Sequence record: NC_070936.1
Strand: one strand, 5' to 3'
Length of the DNA: 64,000 nucleotides
A program made the translations under genes and the position numbers. Positions 9,242 through 18,113 of this stretch are shown in pieces (positions within the stretch are counted from its first letter, which is position 1; every line of letters starts with the position of its first letter). The notes below the pieces were generated by a model. The model saw nothing but the letters and a program-made list of their open reading frames with translations, was not told where the DNA came from and did no database searches.

Positions 9242-9568
9242 ATGAAAATCGCATCTGAGAAAATCGCCCGCACCGTAGCTAAACACGCAAATGCCTTTGC
9301 TAAATTCGATTCCAAGTTGGGATCCACTGTCTCCATCATGCTGGCAGATGGCGAAACTAACCGCACCCTGCAATCTAAACTCTACGGCTACAACTCTAAT
9401 CGTACCGGCATCATTATCGAAGTCCGTATCGATGGGTTACTGTTGGATCGCGTTACTCTGACTCGCCCTCAACCGCAGGGTGATTTCCAACATAAGTTTA
9501 AAGTTGATTACACCAAGCTGTACCACATTGCCGCCAAAGAAGGCAACAAAGCTCCCGTAGACGAATAA
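9242..9568 (+). CDS. Hypothetical protein
   Basis: aaggaa RBS, high-expression codon usage. Confidence 0.75.
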   Translation: MKIASEKIARTVAKHANAFAKFDSKLGSTVSIMLADGETNRTLQSKLYGYNSNRTGIIIEVRIDGLLLDRVTLTRPQPQGDFQHKFKVDYTKLYHIAAKEGNKAPVDE

Positions 9569-9577
9569 GGTGGAATT

Positions 9578-10033
9578 ATGCAACGATACGAGTTTACTAT
9601 TGAGAAGGGTACGCTGGTAGTCCACGATCAAGTAACTAACGGGTCGTTGCGTATTATTTTCAAACCTTTAGGTAAACCGACGATCTCCCCAGCTTTAGAA
9701 GCTTGGAACGATCTAGAAACATCACTCAACTCAGGGAAACTTGAGTTGGGTTTGTTCGGTGTAAATACGATCACTGAACGTAAAGGCTTTAAGTTAGAAG
9801 GTAAGGTCGTGCTGTCATCATCTCACCTTTATGACTGTGAAGTACGCAACGGCAATCTTCATATGGTGTCATTCAAACAGAAGACACTTATCTCTGAATC
9901 CACATTACGATATATGGGTTCTAACAAATTCGGTTTAGTTGCTTTTAAAGACTGTTTCTTTAAAAGTAATCCAGAAGGTGGTTTTAAAAGTAGAACCACT
10001 TCTTACTTCAAAAACAAACTAGTAGAGGTTTAA
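9578..10033 (+). CDS. Hypothetical protein, paralog of 10035-10538
   Basis: Aligns by eye with the next ORF. Confidence 0.7.
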   Translation: MQRYEFTIEKGTLVVHDQVTNGSLRIIFKPLGKPTISPALEAWNDLETSLNSGKLELGLFGVNTITERKGFKLEGKVVLSSSHLYDCEVRNGNLHMVSFKQKTLISESTLRYMGSNKFGLVAFKDCFFKSNPEGGFKSRTTSYFKNKLVEV

Positions 10034-10034
10034 A

Positions 10035-10538
10035 ATGAACAATTCTCAAGTAGGTCGTTGGAATGTAATCCTTGATGGTAAACTGATCAAAGTGGTTGAT
10101 CGTCAAACTGGCGGTGAGTTGAACATTCACACTACCCACCATCCAGATCCAGGTGAAAATGATCTTAACCCAACCATCGAGATCATTAACGATCTGATTG
10201 AACAGCTGGCTGAACATCGCCTTATTCTTCAGCTGATCGGTAAAGAAAACAACATCTATGTGACCGGAACTAATGTGGTACTGGATGGTAGTGTTTCACT
10301 GCATCGTTGCGATCTTCGTAACCCGCATCTGACTGATGTTGAATTGCGTATCGTCGACACACGCGAAGCCGATCAAGTTCGCATTAACAAATCTACGGTA
10401 TATGAATTCACTTCACCTAAACTTGAAAGTGAACTTCATATTTCCCACTGTCATTTCACTGGTGAACTCAAACCACGTGTCACTAGTGCTCGTACTGAGT
10501 TCTACCTGAATGAATGTCGTAATGGAGATATGTGGTGA
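10035..10538 (+). CDS. Hypothetical protein, paralog of 9578-10033
   Basis: Aligns by eye with the previous ORF. Confidence 0.7.
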   Translation: MNNSQVGRWNVILDGKLIKVVDRQTGGELNIHTTHHPDPGENDLNPTIEIINDLIEQLAEHRLILQLIGKENNIYVTGTNVVLDGSVSLHRCDLRNPHLTDVELRIVDTREADQVRINKSTVYEFTSPKLESELHISHCHFTGELKPRVTSARTEFYLNECRNGDMW

Positions 10539-10879
10539 TAGAAATCAAAGATGGTCTGGTTGACATCTCTGTCTTTGTTACCTTTACCAGACCGATAATC
10601 GAAGGGGTGACAAAGGTACCTGGCGAATTAGGTTATGTTGTTCTAATGGACAAATTACCTAACCGCTTCCCAAATGGCATTGAGTCATTTAAGATGCACT
10701 TCTTGAATTACTTAGATAACCATAATTTACAGCAGGGATATCCATACAACTTAGTTGAGGATTTCCCTATCCGTGTTCTAAACTCTCTCCGCATCTTAAA
10801 ACTTGCAGGTTGTATCAAAGGGTACGACATTGACGATCGGGGAATTATTTCTTATTGCGAGGAAGATGAAGATGACTAA
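10532..10879 (+). CDS. Hypothetical protein
   Basis: ggag RBS, GTG start overlapping previous stop. Confidence 0.65.
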   Translation: MVIEIKDGLVDISVFVTFTRPIIEGVTKVPGELGYVVLMDKLPNRFPNGIESFKMHFLNYLDNHNLQQGYPYNLVEDFPIRVLNSLRILKLAGCIKGYDIDDRGIISYCEEDEDD

Positions 10880-12623
10880 TACTGCTAAAGACATTATCGG
10901 CGCACTTATTTACAACACTAGTGTTCAGTTAGATTTCCCTGATCACAAAAATAAAGAAGGTAAAGTCGACCCTGACAATATCGTAGCCAACTTTGATATG
11001 GTAGAAAGTGGGTACTTGCAGTTTCAGGGTAAAATTTATAGCAAAGATGAACTTACGTCTCTCGTTAACCAAGCGATCTCTCATCGCAATGGTAGTATTC
11101 TTATTGACATCCTTAAGGAATCTGGTAAGATTAAAGACTTCCCTCCGGCGTTTATGGAGAAACTTTATATCACTGCATTTGAGCAAGCTGGTTTTAGTTT
11201 ATACCCTGTTTCCAACCGTAAAGAAATCGATGGTAAGTTATTCGACGTTCCCGAAAAATACCGTACCGGTGTTGGGTATCCTTCAGATAAAGAAGTGGTC
11301 GCTCTTTGCCATTTCTACCTGAAAGGTATCAAGGGTTACGAAGACCCAGAGTCTAAGAAAACCTATCGCAACAAACTGTTTAACCTGTTGCATGTTTATG
11401 CGCACTTGCAGGAAAGTGTTTTGACAGAATCGCTGGGTGTTGAATGGGTTGCCAACTTTAAAGAAGGCAATAAAACATTTGAAGATTTCAAACAGGCTAT
11501 CGATATGGCTACTCAAGGGGAATCCCTTAAATACACTCGTGAAGAACAACCGTATATTTATTTCCAAGGGCGTGTTCATTTGAATGGCCCAGTAGCGATA
11601 CATTCTCCAAATGACCCTGATGAAGAAATCAAGTTCTTGACTAACATCATGGAAAACACTGAAGATCAAGAAAGCGTGGTATTTACCAAGGCCATCGCTT
11701 TTATTCATCGCAGTGCATTCCAACAGGAAATCTATCATTTCCTAACCAGCCTGTATGATGAAAATGAACAGTACTGGCTTGCGGATAATCGCCAACGCGC
11801 TGACTTTGTTTTCAACCTAGTTGGGCGCTATATGGAAGAGTGTCGTGCTAAAACTAAAATCGCATCCACTCGTTATTCTGAACAACCACGTGACCCACAA
11901 CCTACACAAGGAAAAGAACAAATGTTTAATAGCAATCTGACACAAGCGATCCAATTCCTGGCTCATGCCCGTGGCGTGTCGGTAGAAACTTTAGTTGGGG
12001 AACTGAAACAGCAACTTGGTAACAAACAAGTTACTGAGCAACCTAAAGTTCAAATCTCTGGTCCTGATGGTGAAATGCTCGATCAGCTGAAACAAATCTT
12101 CGGTGATGATTGTGTCATCGTTCCTATCTCACAGGGCGATGATATTTCAGAAGCTATTGCCAAAGCTATCGGTAATAAGAAACCTAGCAAAGAACAAGAG
12201 CTGGAGAAAGGTCTGGATGACCTTACCAGTCGTTGGGCTGAAATCCTGGGTGTCACTGATCCAGAAGCTATCGCGCATCTTCGTGCTGCTGCAGCCAAAA
12301 GTGTTCAGCCAAAGGACGAAGTTAAACGTCCTATTACTACTGAAGTCAGACATGCCAGAACTATGGAGTTTGAAGTTCTTGGCGAACATAACGAAGTAGA
12401 AGAACGTTATCGTGGCCTCTGGAATGAAACCACCAAACTGCTGACTATTAATTATAAATCAGTTGGGATGGACTCATATAGTCAGTTAGTTTGTATTCAG
12501 TTTATGGACTACTCTGATGCTGTCTCTACATTTATCGGAATGTGTCATAACTACGGCATCAAGTCAGTTCGCGAAATCATCCAGGATTTTGTTGAAGCTT
12601 ATAACGGTCACTTCATCGAATAA
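10872..12623 (+). CDS. Large hypothetical protein with probable internal start at 11922
   Basis: Long ORF; ATG 10872 overlaps upstream stop; internal aaggaaaagaacaaATG. Confidence 0.75.
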   Translation: MTNTAKDIIGALIYNTSVQLDFPDHKNKEGKVDPDNIVANFDMVESGYLQFQGKIYSKDELTSLVNQAISHRNGSILIDILKESGKIKDFPPAFMEKLYITAFEQAGFSLYPVSNRKEIDGKLFDVPEKYRTGVGYPSDKEVVALCHFYLKGIKGYEDPESKKTYRNKLFNLLHVYAHLQESVLTESLGVEWVANFKEGNKTFEDFKQAIDMATQGESLKYTREEQPYIYFQGRVHLNGPVAIHSPNDPDEEIKFLTNIMENTEDQESVVFTKAIAFIHRSAFQQEIYHFLTSLYDENEQYWLADNRQRADFVFNLVGRYMEECRAKTKIASTRYSEQPRDPQPTQGKEQMFNSNLTQAIQFLAHARGVSVETLVGELKQQLGNKQVTEQPKVQISGPDGEMLDQLKQIFGDDCVIVPISQGDDISEAIAKAIGNKKPSKEQELEKGLDDLTSRWAEILGVTDPEAIAHLRAAAAKSVQPKDEVKRPITTEVRHARTMEFEVLGEHNEVEERYRGLWNETTKLLTINYKSVGMDSYSQLVCIQFMDYSDAVSTFIGMCHNYGIKSVREIIQDFVEAYNGHFIE

Positions 12624-12641
12624 CAAAATTAAGTAATAATG

Positions 12642-12680
12642 CTCTAGGTACCCAATTGGGTACCTAGAGGTTATTCTTTT
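12642..12680 (+). terminator. Perfect 28 bp palindrome, probable terminator
   Basis: ctctaggtacccaa/ttgggtacctagag followed by T-rich tract. Confidence 0.75.
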
Positions 12681-12716
12681 CTATTTTCTTTTTTGGTAAA
12701 GTTATAAAATTTCAAA

Positions 12717-12738
12717 CAAATATTATCCTCATGTATAA
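12717..12738 (+). promoter_or_regulatory. Putative phage promoter
   Basis: caaatattatcctcatgtataa matches ATATTATY-N4-TGTATA. Confidence 0.55.
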
Positions 12739-12755
12739 CGTGGAGATATCAATTC

Positions 12756-13196
12756 ATGAGTTTAAATAAAACGAGTGTAGAGAATCAGATCATGGGCGGC
12801 ATAGCAATTATTATGCAATCCATAAGGGATAAAACATCTGATCTATATAAAGAAGCGTGTGCTTATTCTAATATGGAAATACCCAACCTATATATGGTAA
12901 TATCTAAGTACACCATTCATGAACCTGGGTTGATTGGTTATTTCTCTATTGGATTTCAAACACCTAACCACAAACATGTCACAGATGTAATGGAGGTAGC
13001 GTATACCACATCGGGAACTTTCTATAGATTCCAAGGTGTCAGCATAAGAATAGCTTGTACCGAAACTATGGAAGTTATGAGCACTCAAGAGCAAATGAAC
13101 TGGATGAAAATAATAGTTCAATCTAATACTGAATTATTAGCAGTTCTAGAAGCTAATGAGGAATTTAATAATGGGAATAAGAAAAACAGTAAATGA
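12756..13196 (+). CDS. Hypothetical protein
   Basis: ggag RBS; AT-rich, ATA/AGA-rich codons. Confidence 0.65.
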   Translation: MSLNKTSVENQIMGGIAIIMQSIRDKTSDLYKEACAYSNMEIPNLYMVISKYTIHEPGLIGYFSIGFQTPNHKHVTDVMEVAYTTSGTFYRFQGVSIRIACTETMEVMSTQEQMNWMKIIVQSNTELLAVLEANEEFNNGNKKNSK

Positions 13197-13545
13197 GATC
13201 TTAGAGGATGCCGTATTCCAAAGAGATCCCAAACCTTATAAAGATGTTTACTTTATCAAGGTACTGAACCCAGGCGATCGTAAAAGTATCTTTGTCAGTT
13301 TTAGATACAAGATCGCTTCTGATATATGTTTGATTTGCCGTATGGAAATCAATCTGGAATATCCAGAGAAAAACACAAGTACCGCAATCAGCATATTGAA
13401 AATAAGAGAACGTGAATCTTTCACCTTCTTCAGAAAACGCCAAGCGATTGCTGGAAGGACCATAATAGATATTGTCCAGAAAACCATCGCACCTATGTTA
13501 ATCGATAAAATCACCAAAGCTAAGGAAATGAACAATGTCAATTGA
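13171..13545 (+). CDS. Basic hypothetical protein
   Basis: gagga RBS before ATG 13171. Confidence 0.65.
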   Translation: MGIRKTVNEILEDAVFQRDPKPYKDVYFIKVLNPGDRKSIFVSFRYKIASDICLICRMEINLEYPEKNTSTAISILKIRERESFTFFRKRQAIAGRTIIDIVQKTIAPMLIDKITKAKEMNNVN

Positions 13546-13939
13546 AAAAGCTACCTCAGCAGTAAAAATCTTCGCTACTCGTAAACTGGTAGAAATCATG
13601 GAAGAATGCAAAGGTAAGCAAATTCCGAATATGTGGAAGTTTGAAGACACTGTCGGGTTCACTGTCAACATCACCGAAGGCGATCTGAACTTTACTATCC
13701 AAGCGGCAGCGGCTCCGGTAGCCGAAGCAGGCCCTGGTAATTTCCTTATTCGGATTCAATCTACCTTTGTTGGGAAAACTGTATTCAAACAAGGTTACAA
13801 CTTCCCAGCCACGCCTGTTGGTCAAATGGTTGTTATGGACTTCCCTCTGTATGCTGAAGATGAACAGGAACTCACAGATGGTATTGCTCAGATCATCCAA
13901 GATGAAGCTGATAACATTCTGTGTCAGATACTGCAATAA
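13535..13939 (+). CDS. Hypothetical protein
   Basis: aaggaa RBS, 134 aa. Confidence 0.7.
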   Translation: MSIEKATSAVKIFATRKLVEIMEECKGKQIPNMWKFEDTVGFTVNITEGDLNFTIQAAAAPVAEAGPGNFLIRIQSTFVGKTVFKQGYNFPATPVGQMVVMDFPLYAEDEQELTDGIAQIIQDEADNILCQILQ

Positions 13940-14081
13940 GTTCGTAGAACACGTTGTAATCAATTGTTTTAAGTAATACTACTGTTTGTATCATGTAGGT
14001 AGAAAAGTCCCTTAGATTTCGATCTGTGTGACTTTATCTCCATCCGACAAAAACCCAATCTCATTTAAAGGAAATGAAATT

Positions 14082-15032
14082 ATGTCTAAAGACTTTAACC
14101 TGTATCACTTTGGCGGCACTGGTATCAACATTCTTAACCGTTACCTGGAGCAAGGTAAGAACTCCCGCTTTATTGATCAGGTGGTGGCGATGGATACTTC
14201 TGAAGCTAACCCGATTACTGATGGTATTTATCCATTGGAACGTCTGGAAGGTGTAGAAGGTTCTGGCGGTAACCGTAAAGCACATGCTGATAAGTATGCT
14301 GACTTTGTTAAACAGGTATTCGCCAAGTACAAACCAAACAAAGTAAACATTCTGGTTTACTCACTGTCTGGTGGTACCGGTGCATCAATGGGTCCTTATG
14401 CATTGCGTTATCTGCTGCAGAAGAAAATCCCTACACTGGTAATTTGTATCGGTGACAAGTCAACCTTTAATGAAGAGAAGAACACCGTAGAAGCACTGGG
14501 TTCAATGTATAACCAGATCAAGACTGGCTCTCCAGTTCTGTTCAACTACATTGAAAACGGTCAGACCATTTCTCAGGGTCAGGTTAACCAACGTGCTGTT
14601 GGTGAAATTGATAATGCAATCATGATGTTCAACATGGAAAACGAACGCATCGATTACGCAGACATCAAAAACTTCTTCTTCTTTACCGATGTGACTCAGG
14701 CAGATCCAATCATGACTCAGGTGACTTTCCTGGCAGAAGGTGATCTGGGTCGCTATGATCGTAAGCCGGTTGCAGCAATCAGCCTGTATAACAACATCGA
14801 CGAAATCCGCGCACCGTTTGAAAATATGCTTTATCGTAAATCTGGTTTGTTCGGTGAAAGTTTCTCCGGTATGACTGTTCCGGTCCACGCAGTCCTGGAC
14901 CACGGTGATACTATTCAGTCACTGAAAACTCTGATCGAAGATAAAGAAACTAAGAACAATGAACTGGCTGGTCAATTCCGTAACAAGGAAACTGATCTGT
15001 TCGCTGATTCTGATGACGACGGTATGATGTAA
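14082..15032 (+). CDS. phuZ: Phage tubulin PhuZ (spindle protein, phiKZ gp39-like)
   Basis: Tubulin/FtsZ motifs FGGTGINI, DTS, GSGGNR, SLSGGTGASMG; acidic C-tail DLFADSDDDGMM; aaggaa RBS. Confidence 0.95.
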   Translation: MSKDFNLYHFGGTGINILNRYLEQGKNSRFIDQVVAMDTSEANPITDGIYPLERLEGVEGSGGNRKAHADKYADFVKQVFAKYKPNKVNILVYSLSGGTGASMGPYALRYLLQKKIPTLVICIGDKSTFNEEKNTVEALGSMYNQIKTGSPVLFNYIENGQTISQGQVNQRAVGEIDNAIMMFNMENERIDYADIKNFFFFTDVTQADPIMTQVTFLAEGDLGRYDRKPVAAISLYNNIDEIRAPFENMLYRKSGLFGESFSGMTVPVHAVLDHGDTIQSLKTLIEDKETKNNELAGQFRNKETDLFADSDDDGMM

Positions 15033-15041
15033 TAACTGGAG

Positions 15042-15065
15042 GCCCTGGCTAGTCCAGGGCTTTTT
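15042..15065 (+). terminator. Intrinsic terminator after phuZ
   Basis: gccctgg-ctagt-ccagggc followed by ttttt. Confidence 0.75.
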
Positions 15066-15068
15066 ATA

Positions 15069-15362
15069 TTGCCTATGAAGATCTTATTTAATTTAGCAAA
15101 TCAACGCGGAGCATTGTCCGAAATATCTAAGAACGATATTGGGACAGCACATGCTATTTTATCCAGAGTCTGTCTAGACCAAGGAATCCCAGTAGAACAT
15201 CATCACTTTGATGCCAACATCTCTTTAGAACATGCCATCGTGTATGAAAGCGTAAAGGCATATGCTGAAGAGAAGTTAATGTTTATCCCTACCCCTGACG
15301 TTGCGGTCTTATCTGATCTCGGCAATCTTCAATTCCAACTCACTTTACATAATCGGGAATAA
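15069..15362 (+). CDS. Hypothetical protein
   Basis: 97 aa ORF in operon. Confidence 0.6.
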   Translation: MPMKILFNLANQRGALSEISKNDIGTAHAILSRVCLDQGIPVEHHHFDANISLEHAIVYESVKAYAEEKLMFIPTPDVAVLSDLGNLQFQLTLHNRE

Positions 15363-15365
15363 GTC

Positions 15366-15842
15366 ATGTTTAATATCGATAAGCCTACATTGTTTACGGC
15401 TATCGCCATCTCTCTCGAACCCAATCTACGCGATGTAGAAGATAAGAAGCCAGAATACGTTAAGTATTTCCATGTTGTACTTGACATGGTTCTTGGTGTT
15501 ATGAATAGCAAAATCAGAAACATCGATGATGCTATTGATGAGCAATATGGACTTTATCCTGAAGATAAAAATCTTCCCTGGCTTGCTGATACAGTTCGTC
15601 AGTTAGTTGTCGATATCAAATGTCAGTTTATTCAAGCTGGGTTTGATAGTCGCCTGAAATATAAAGTTGTAACCCGTCAGATCGGCATCCACACTAAACT
15701 GTATGGTATCGCAATGGACCTGGATGCAACTTTAGCTGCAATGGCGGATACTCTTCTTGATCCTAAAGAAGATGTCGATCAAACTCTGATAGTGTCTGAG
15801 AACCCAACTTATGAGCAGCTCGAAGCAGCATACAACTGGTGA
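15366..15842 (+). CDS. Hypothetical protein
   Basis: 158 aa, packed operon. Confidence 0.7.
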   Translation: MFNIDKPTLFTAIAISLEPNLRDVEDKKPEYVKYFHVVLDMVLGVMNSKIRNIDDAIDEQYGLYPEDKNLPWLADTVRQLVVDIKCQFIQAGFDSRLKYKVVTRQIGIHTKLYGIAMDLDATLAAMADTLLDPKEDVDQTLIVSENPTYEQLEAAYNW

Positions 15843-16380
15843 GTTTATTCACCTAGGTAAGTTCGATAAGGAGATTGAAGCTTATCTGGAAACAAAAGAA
15901 CATTTAGCATCTACTACCATTATGGAAGATGATAAACCAAGTATCGTAGAAGCTTTGCGTATTTGGTTGGTTAAGAATGTTGGATGTTTTAATATCATCG
16001 GCGATTATTATCAAACAGTCAATCTGAAACTTTGGTATGATCACGATGGACTCACGGAAGAGTTTGATGAATTACTTTTAATGTTCCGAGATTGGTTGAA
16101 TATGACACAAGCTCTGGATACCAAGAAAGTTTATAACTTGTTACGTTATATTAGACCTGACACGTTTATTCTTTTCGAAGGTGAAGTTCCAGTAGAGTTG
16201 ATCCCTCCTCCTATCGAAGAACCGGTTGATCACGAAGTACAAGAAGTCATTAGTTGTATCCAGGAATTTGAACTACTCTTGAAAAAGAGATGTAGCGATA
16301 ACTTTGCTGTTGAGCATTTTATTAGCGATCTATTCCCAACTACTACTACCCATGACTTGATCAAAAAGTATATGGTTTAA
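15811..16380 (+). CDS. Hypothetical protein
   Basis: 189 aa; start uncertain. Confidence 0.65.
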   Translation: MSSSKQHTTGEFIHLGKFDKEIEAYLETKEHLASTTIMEDDKPSIVEALRIWLVKNVGCFNIIGDYYQTVNLKLWYDHDGLTEEFDELLLMFRDWLNMTQALDTKKVYNLLRYIRPDTFILFEGEVPVELIPPPIEEPVDHEVQEVISCIQEFELLLKKRCSDNFAVEHFISDLFPTTTTHDLIKKYMV

Positions 16381-16388
16381 GGAGTCCT

Positions 16389-16691
16389 ATGGCTAGGATG
16401 TTATCAGTTAACATCTACCCATTACTTCGAATAGTAAAACGGTACGACCTAGACCAGGACCTCTTCTTTAGAATCATTCTGAATTTCCTCTCGCATCGTC
16501 GGGAGGAAATTCTTAATATTCAACTGTCCAAATGGTTTAGCTCATTTGATGTCTCATTAAAAAGTGAGATGAAACCTATTATATACGAACTCCTAAGTGA
16601 GTTAGACTATTCGGATAATGTGGAAGATTATTTCATCTTAAATGGTCGTTTCTATATTAAGGAAAACACTAATGTTACAGAATCAGAATGA
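16389..16691 (+). CDS. Hypothetical protein
   Basis: aaggag RBS. Confidence 0.7.
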   Translation: MARMLSVNIYPLLRIVKRYDLDQDLFFRIILNFLSHRREEILNIQLSKWFSSFDVSLKSEMKPIIYELLSELDYSDNVEDYFILNGRFYIKENTNVTESE

Positions 16692-16989
16692 GCAGCCAAT
16701 CGCCCTGTTCTCGCACACCATGACTTTCCCTGGAGTGCCATTAGAAAATTTAGTATCATCCATATCGCTTTTATTATCTGCGTATGGTGTCTCTCACCAA
16801 CTACCAGTTTCACCCACCTTCACATCGGAAGGATTGACCAGTGGTGACAATAATCGTGACCAACGTTTCGTAACTGAATACATGCAGTTCAAGTTAATGT
16901 TGGAAGATCTATCCCGTCAATATACAACTGTACAGTGTACCGCACAATCTAACGGAGCATCGGTATACCTAAGGTTCAGTTGTTACTAG
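16672..16989 (+). CDS. Hypothetical protein
   Basis: aaggaa RBS before ATG 16672. Confidence 0.65.
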   Translation: MLQNQNEQPIALFSHTMTFPGVPLENLVSSISLLLSAYGVSHQLPVSPTFTSEGLTSGDNNRDQRFVTEYMQFKLMLEDLSRQYTTVQCTAQSNGASVYLRFSCY

Positions 16990-16998
16990 GAGAGCGTA

Positions 16999-17613
16999 AT
17001 GTACGTTCATATAAACAACTTTGATTATGATGAGTTGCTGAATAACTTAGTTCAGCACTATCATCTAAGTGATGCCCCAATAACTAATGAGATCATTAGC
17101 AAGATCTTTGAAGAATTGGCAGAGCACTATAAATTGAACCAGCGTGAAACTATGACTGAAGATGAAATTGCTTTGGTTGAAGAGTTTATGCGAATTCATG
17201 GTCAGTGGTCTGACTTCCAACCTGGTGATGAAGCTGATATGTTCCTGGAAACTAAAGGAATGGATATTAGTGAATCTCTGGCGGTAATGGAAGGGTTGTT
17301 CTTAGAAGGTGTTACTGAAGATGATGAACTTGATCCGCTTTATGATATAGCAATTAAGTTTACTCAATTCGATTTCACTGATGAAGACTCTATTGGTGAA
17401 TTCAGTGCCTACCTATCTGATCTGATTAGTAAGTATAACAACATTCAGTTTAATGATGCTGAACTGTGTGTGTTAGGACACATCGAACGCTCTTTGGATA
17501 GTTCTGAAATATTAACTGGTATTGAAGTTCTTCCAGTTGCAGGTAAGGTTGTTAAGTATGGGGATACTTTGATAACCTTCCCGATTATCCTGATAAAGGT
17601 TTCTAAACCATGA
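16999..17613 (+). CDS. Acidic hypothetical protein
   Basis: aggag RBS, 204 aa. Confidence 0.75.
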   Translation: MYVHINNFDYDELLNNLVQHYHLSDAPITNEIISKIFEELAEHYKLNQRETMTEDEIALVEEFMRIHGQWSDFQPGDEADMFLETKGMDISESLAVMEGLFLEGVTEDDELDPLYDIAIKFTQFDFTDEDSIGEFSAYLSDLISKYNNIQFNDAELCVLGHIERSLDSSEILTGIEVLPVAGKVVKYGDTLITFPIILIKVSKP

Positions 17614-18041
17614 GCGATTTGAACTTACTCCAGAAGAATGACATCATCAACTTCGATATGATCCGTCCTGGTATCTTTGGCGCTCAATACAAGAGCGCTT
17701 TGATTACCGGTATTGTTGATTATAACACTGCCCGGATTATCGATCCAGATGTATATGCCAAACACCAGGCTTTCTATCCTTTCTTTAAAGATTCGGTAGA
17801 TAACGTTAATAACCCAGAAATCTATAACTATCTGATTCTGCAATTGGACCCAACCAAAGCTGATCGTATTGTTATTGGGTTCCCGTGGATTGATAAGGAT
17901 TCACTGAAAACAATCCAGTCTCGTTACGCAACAGTTATTATTCAGAACTTCCAGGAATATCAACGTGCGCCATTAGTTGATTTCTTAGAAGGTATGAACG
18001 TAACCTATACATTAGTAATCGAAGATACAAACAAGAAATAA
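17610..18041 (+). CDS. Conserved chimallivirus protein (phiKZ gp49-like)
   Basis: Lies directly upstream of the DNA polymerase; SH3-like N-terminal beta pattern (NDIINFDMI..GIVDY..AR). Confidence 0.6.
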   Translation: MSDLNLLQKNDIINFDMIRPGIFGAQYKSALITGIVDYNTARIIDPDVYAKHQAFYPFFKDSVDNVNNPEIYNYLILQLDPTKADRIVIGFPWIDKDSLKTIQSRYATVIIQNFQEYQRAPLVDFLEGMNVTYTLVIEDTNKK

Positions 18042-18046
18042 TTATC

Positions 18047-18084
18047 AGATTACTGAGCCTACCATAAGGTAGGCTCGGTAATCT
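18047..18084 (+). terminator. Stem-loop terminator
   Basis: agattactgagcctacc-ataa-ggtaggctcggtaatct; T-run follows. Confidence 0.7.
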
Positions 18085-18113
18085 ATTTACCCAATTATTT
18101 TTTTTTTCTCTTA

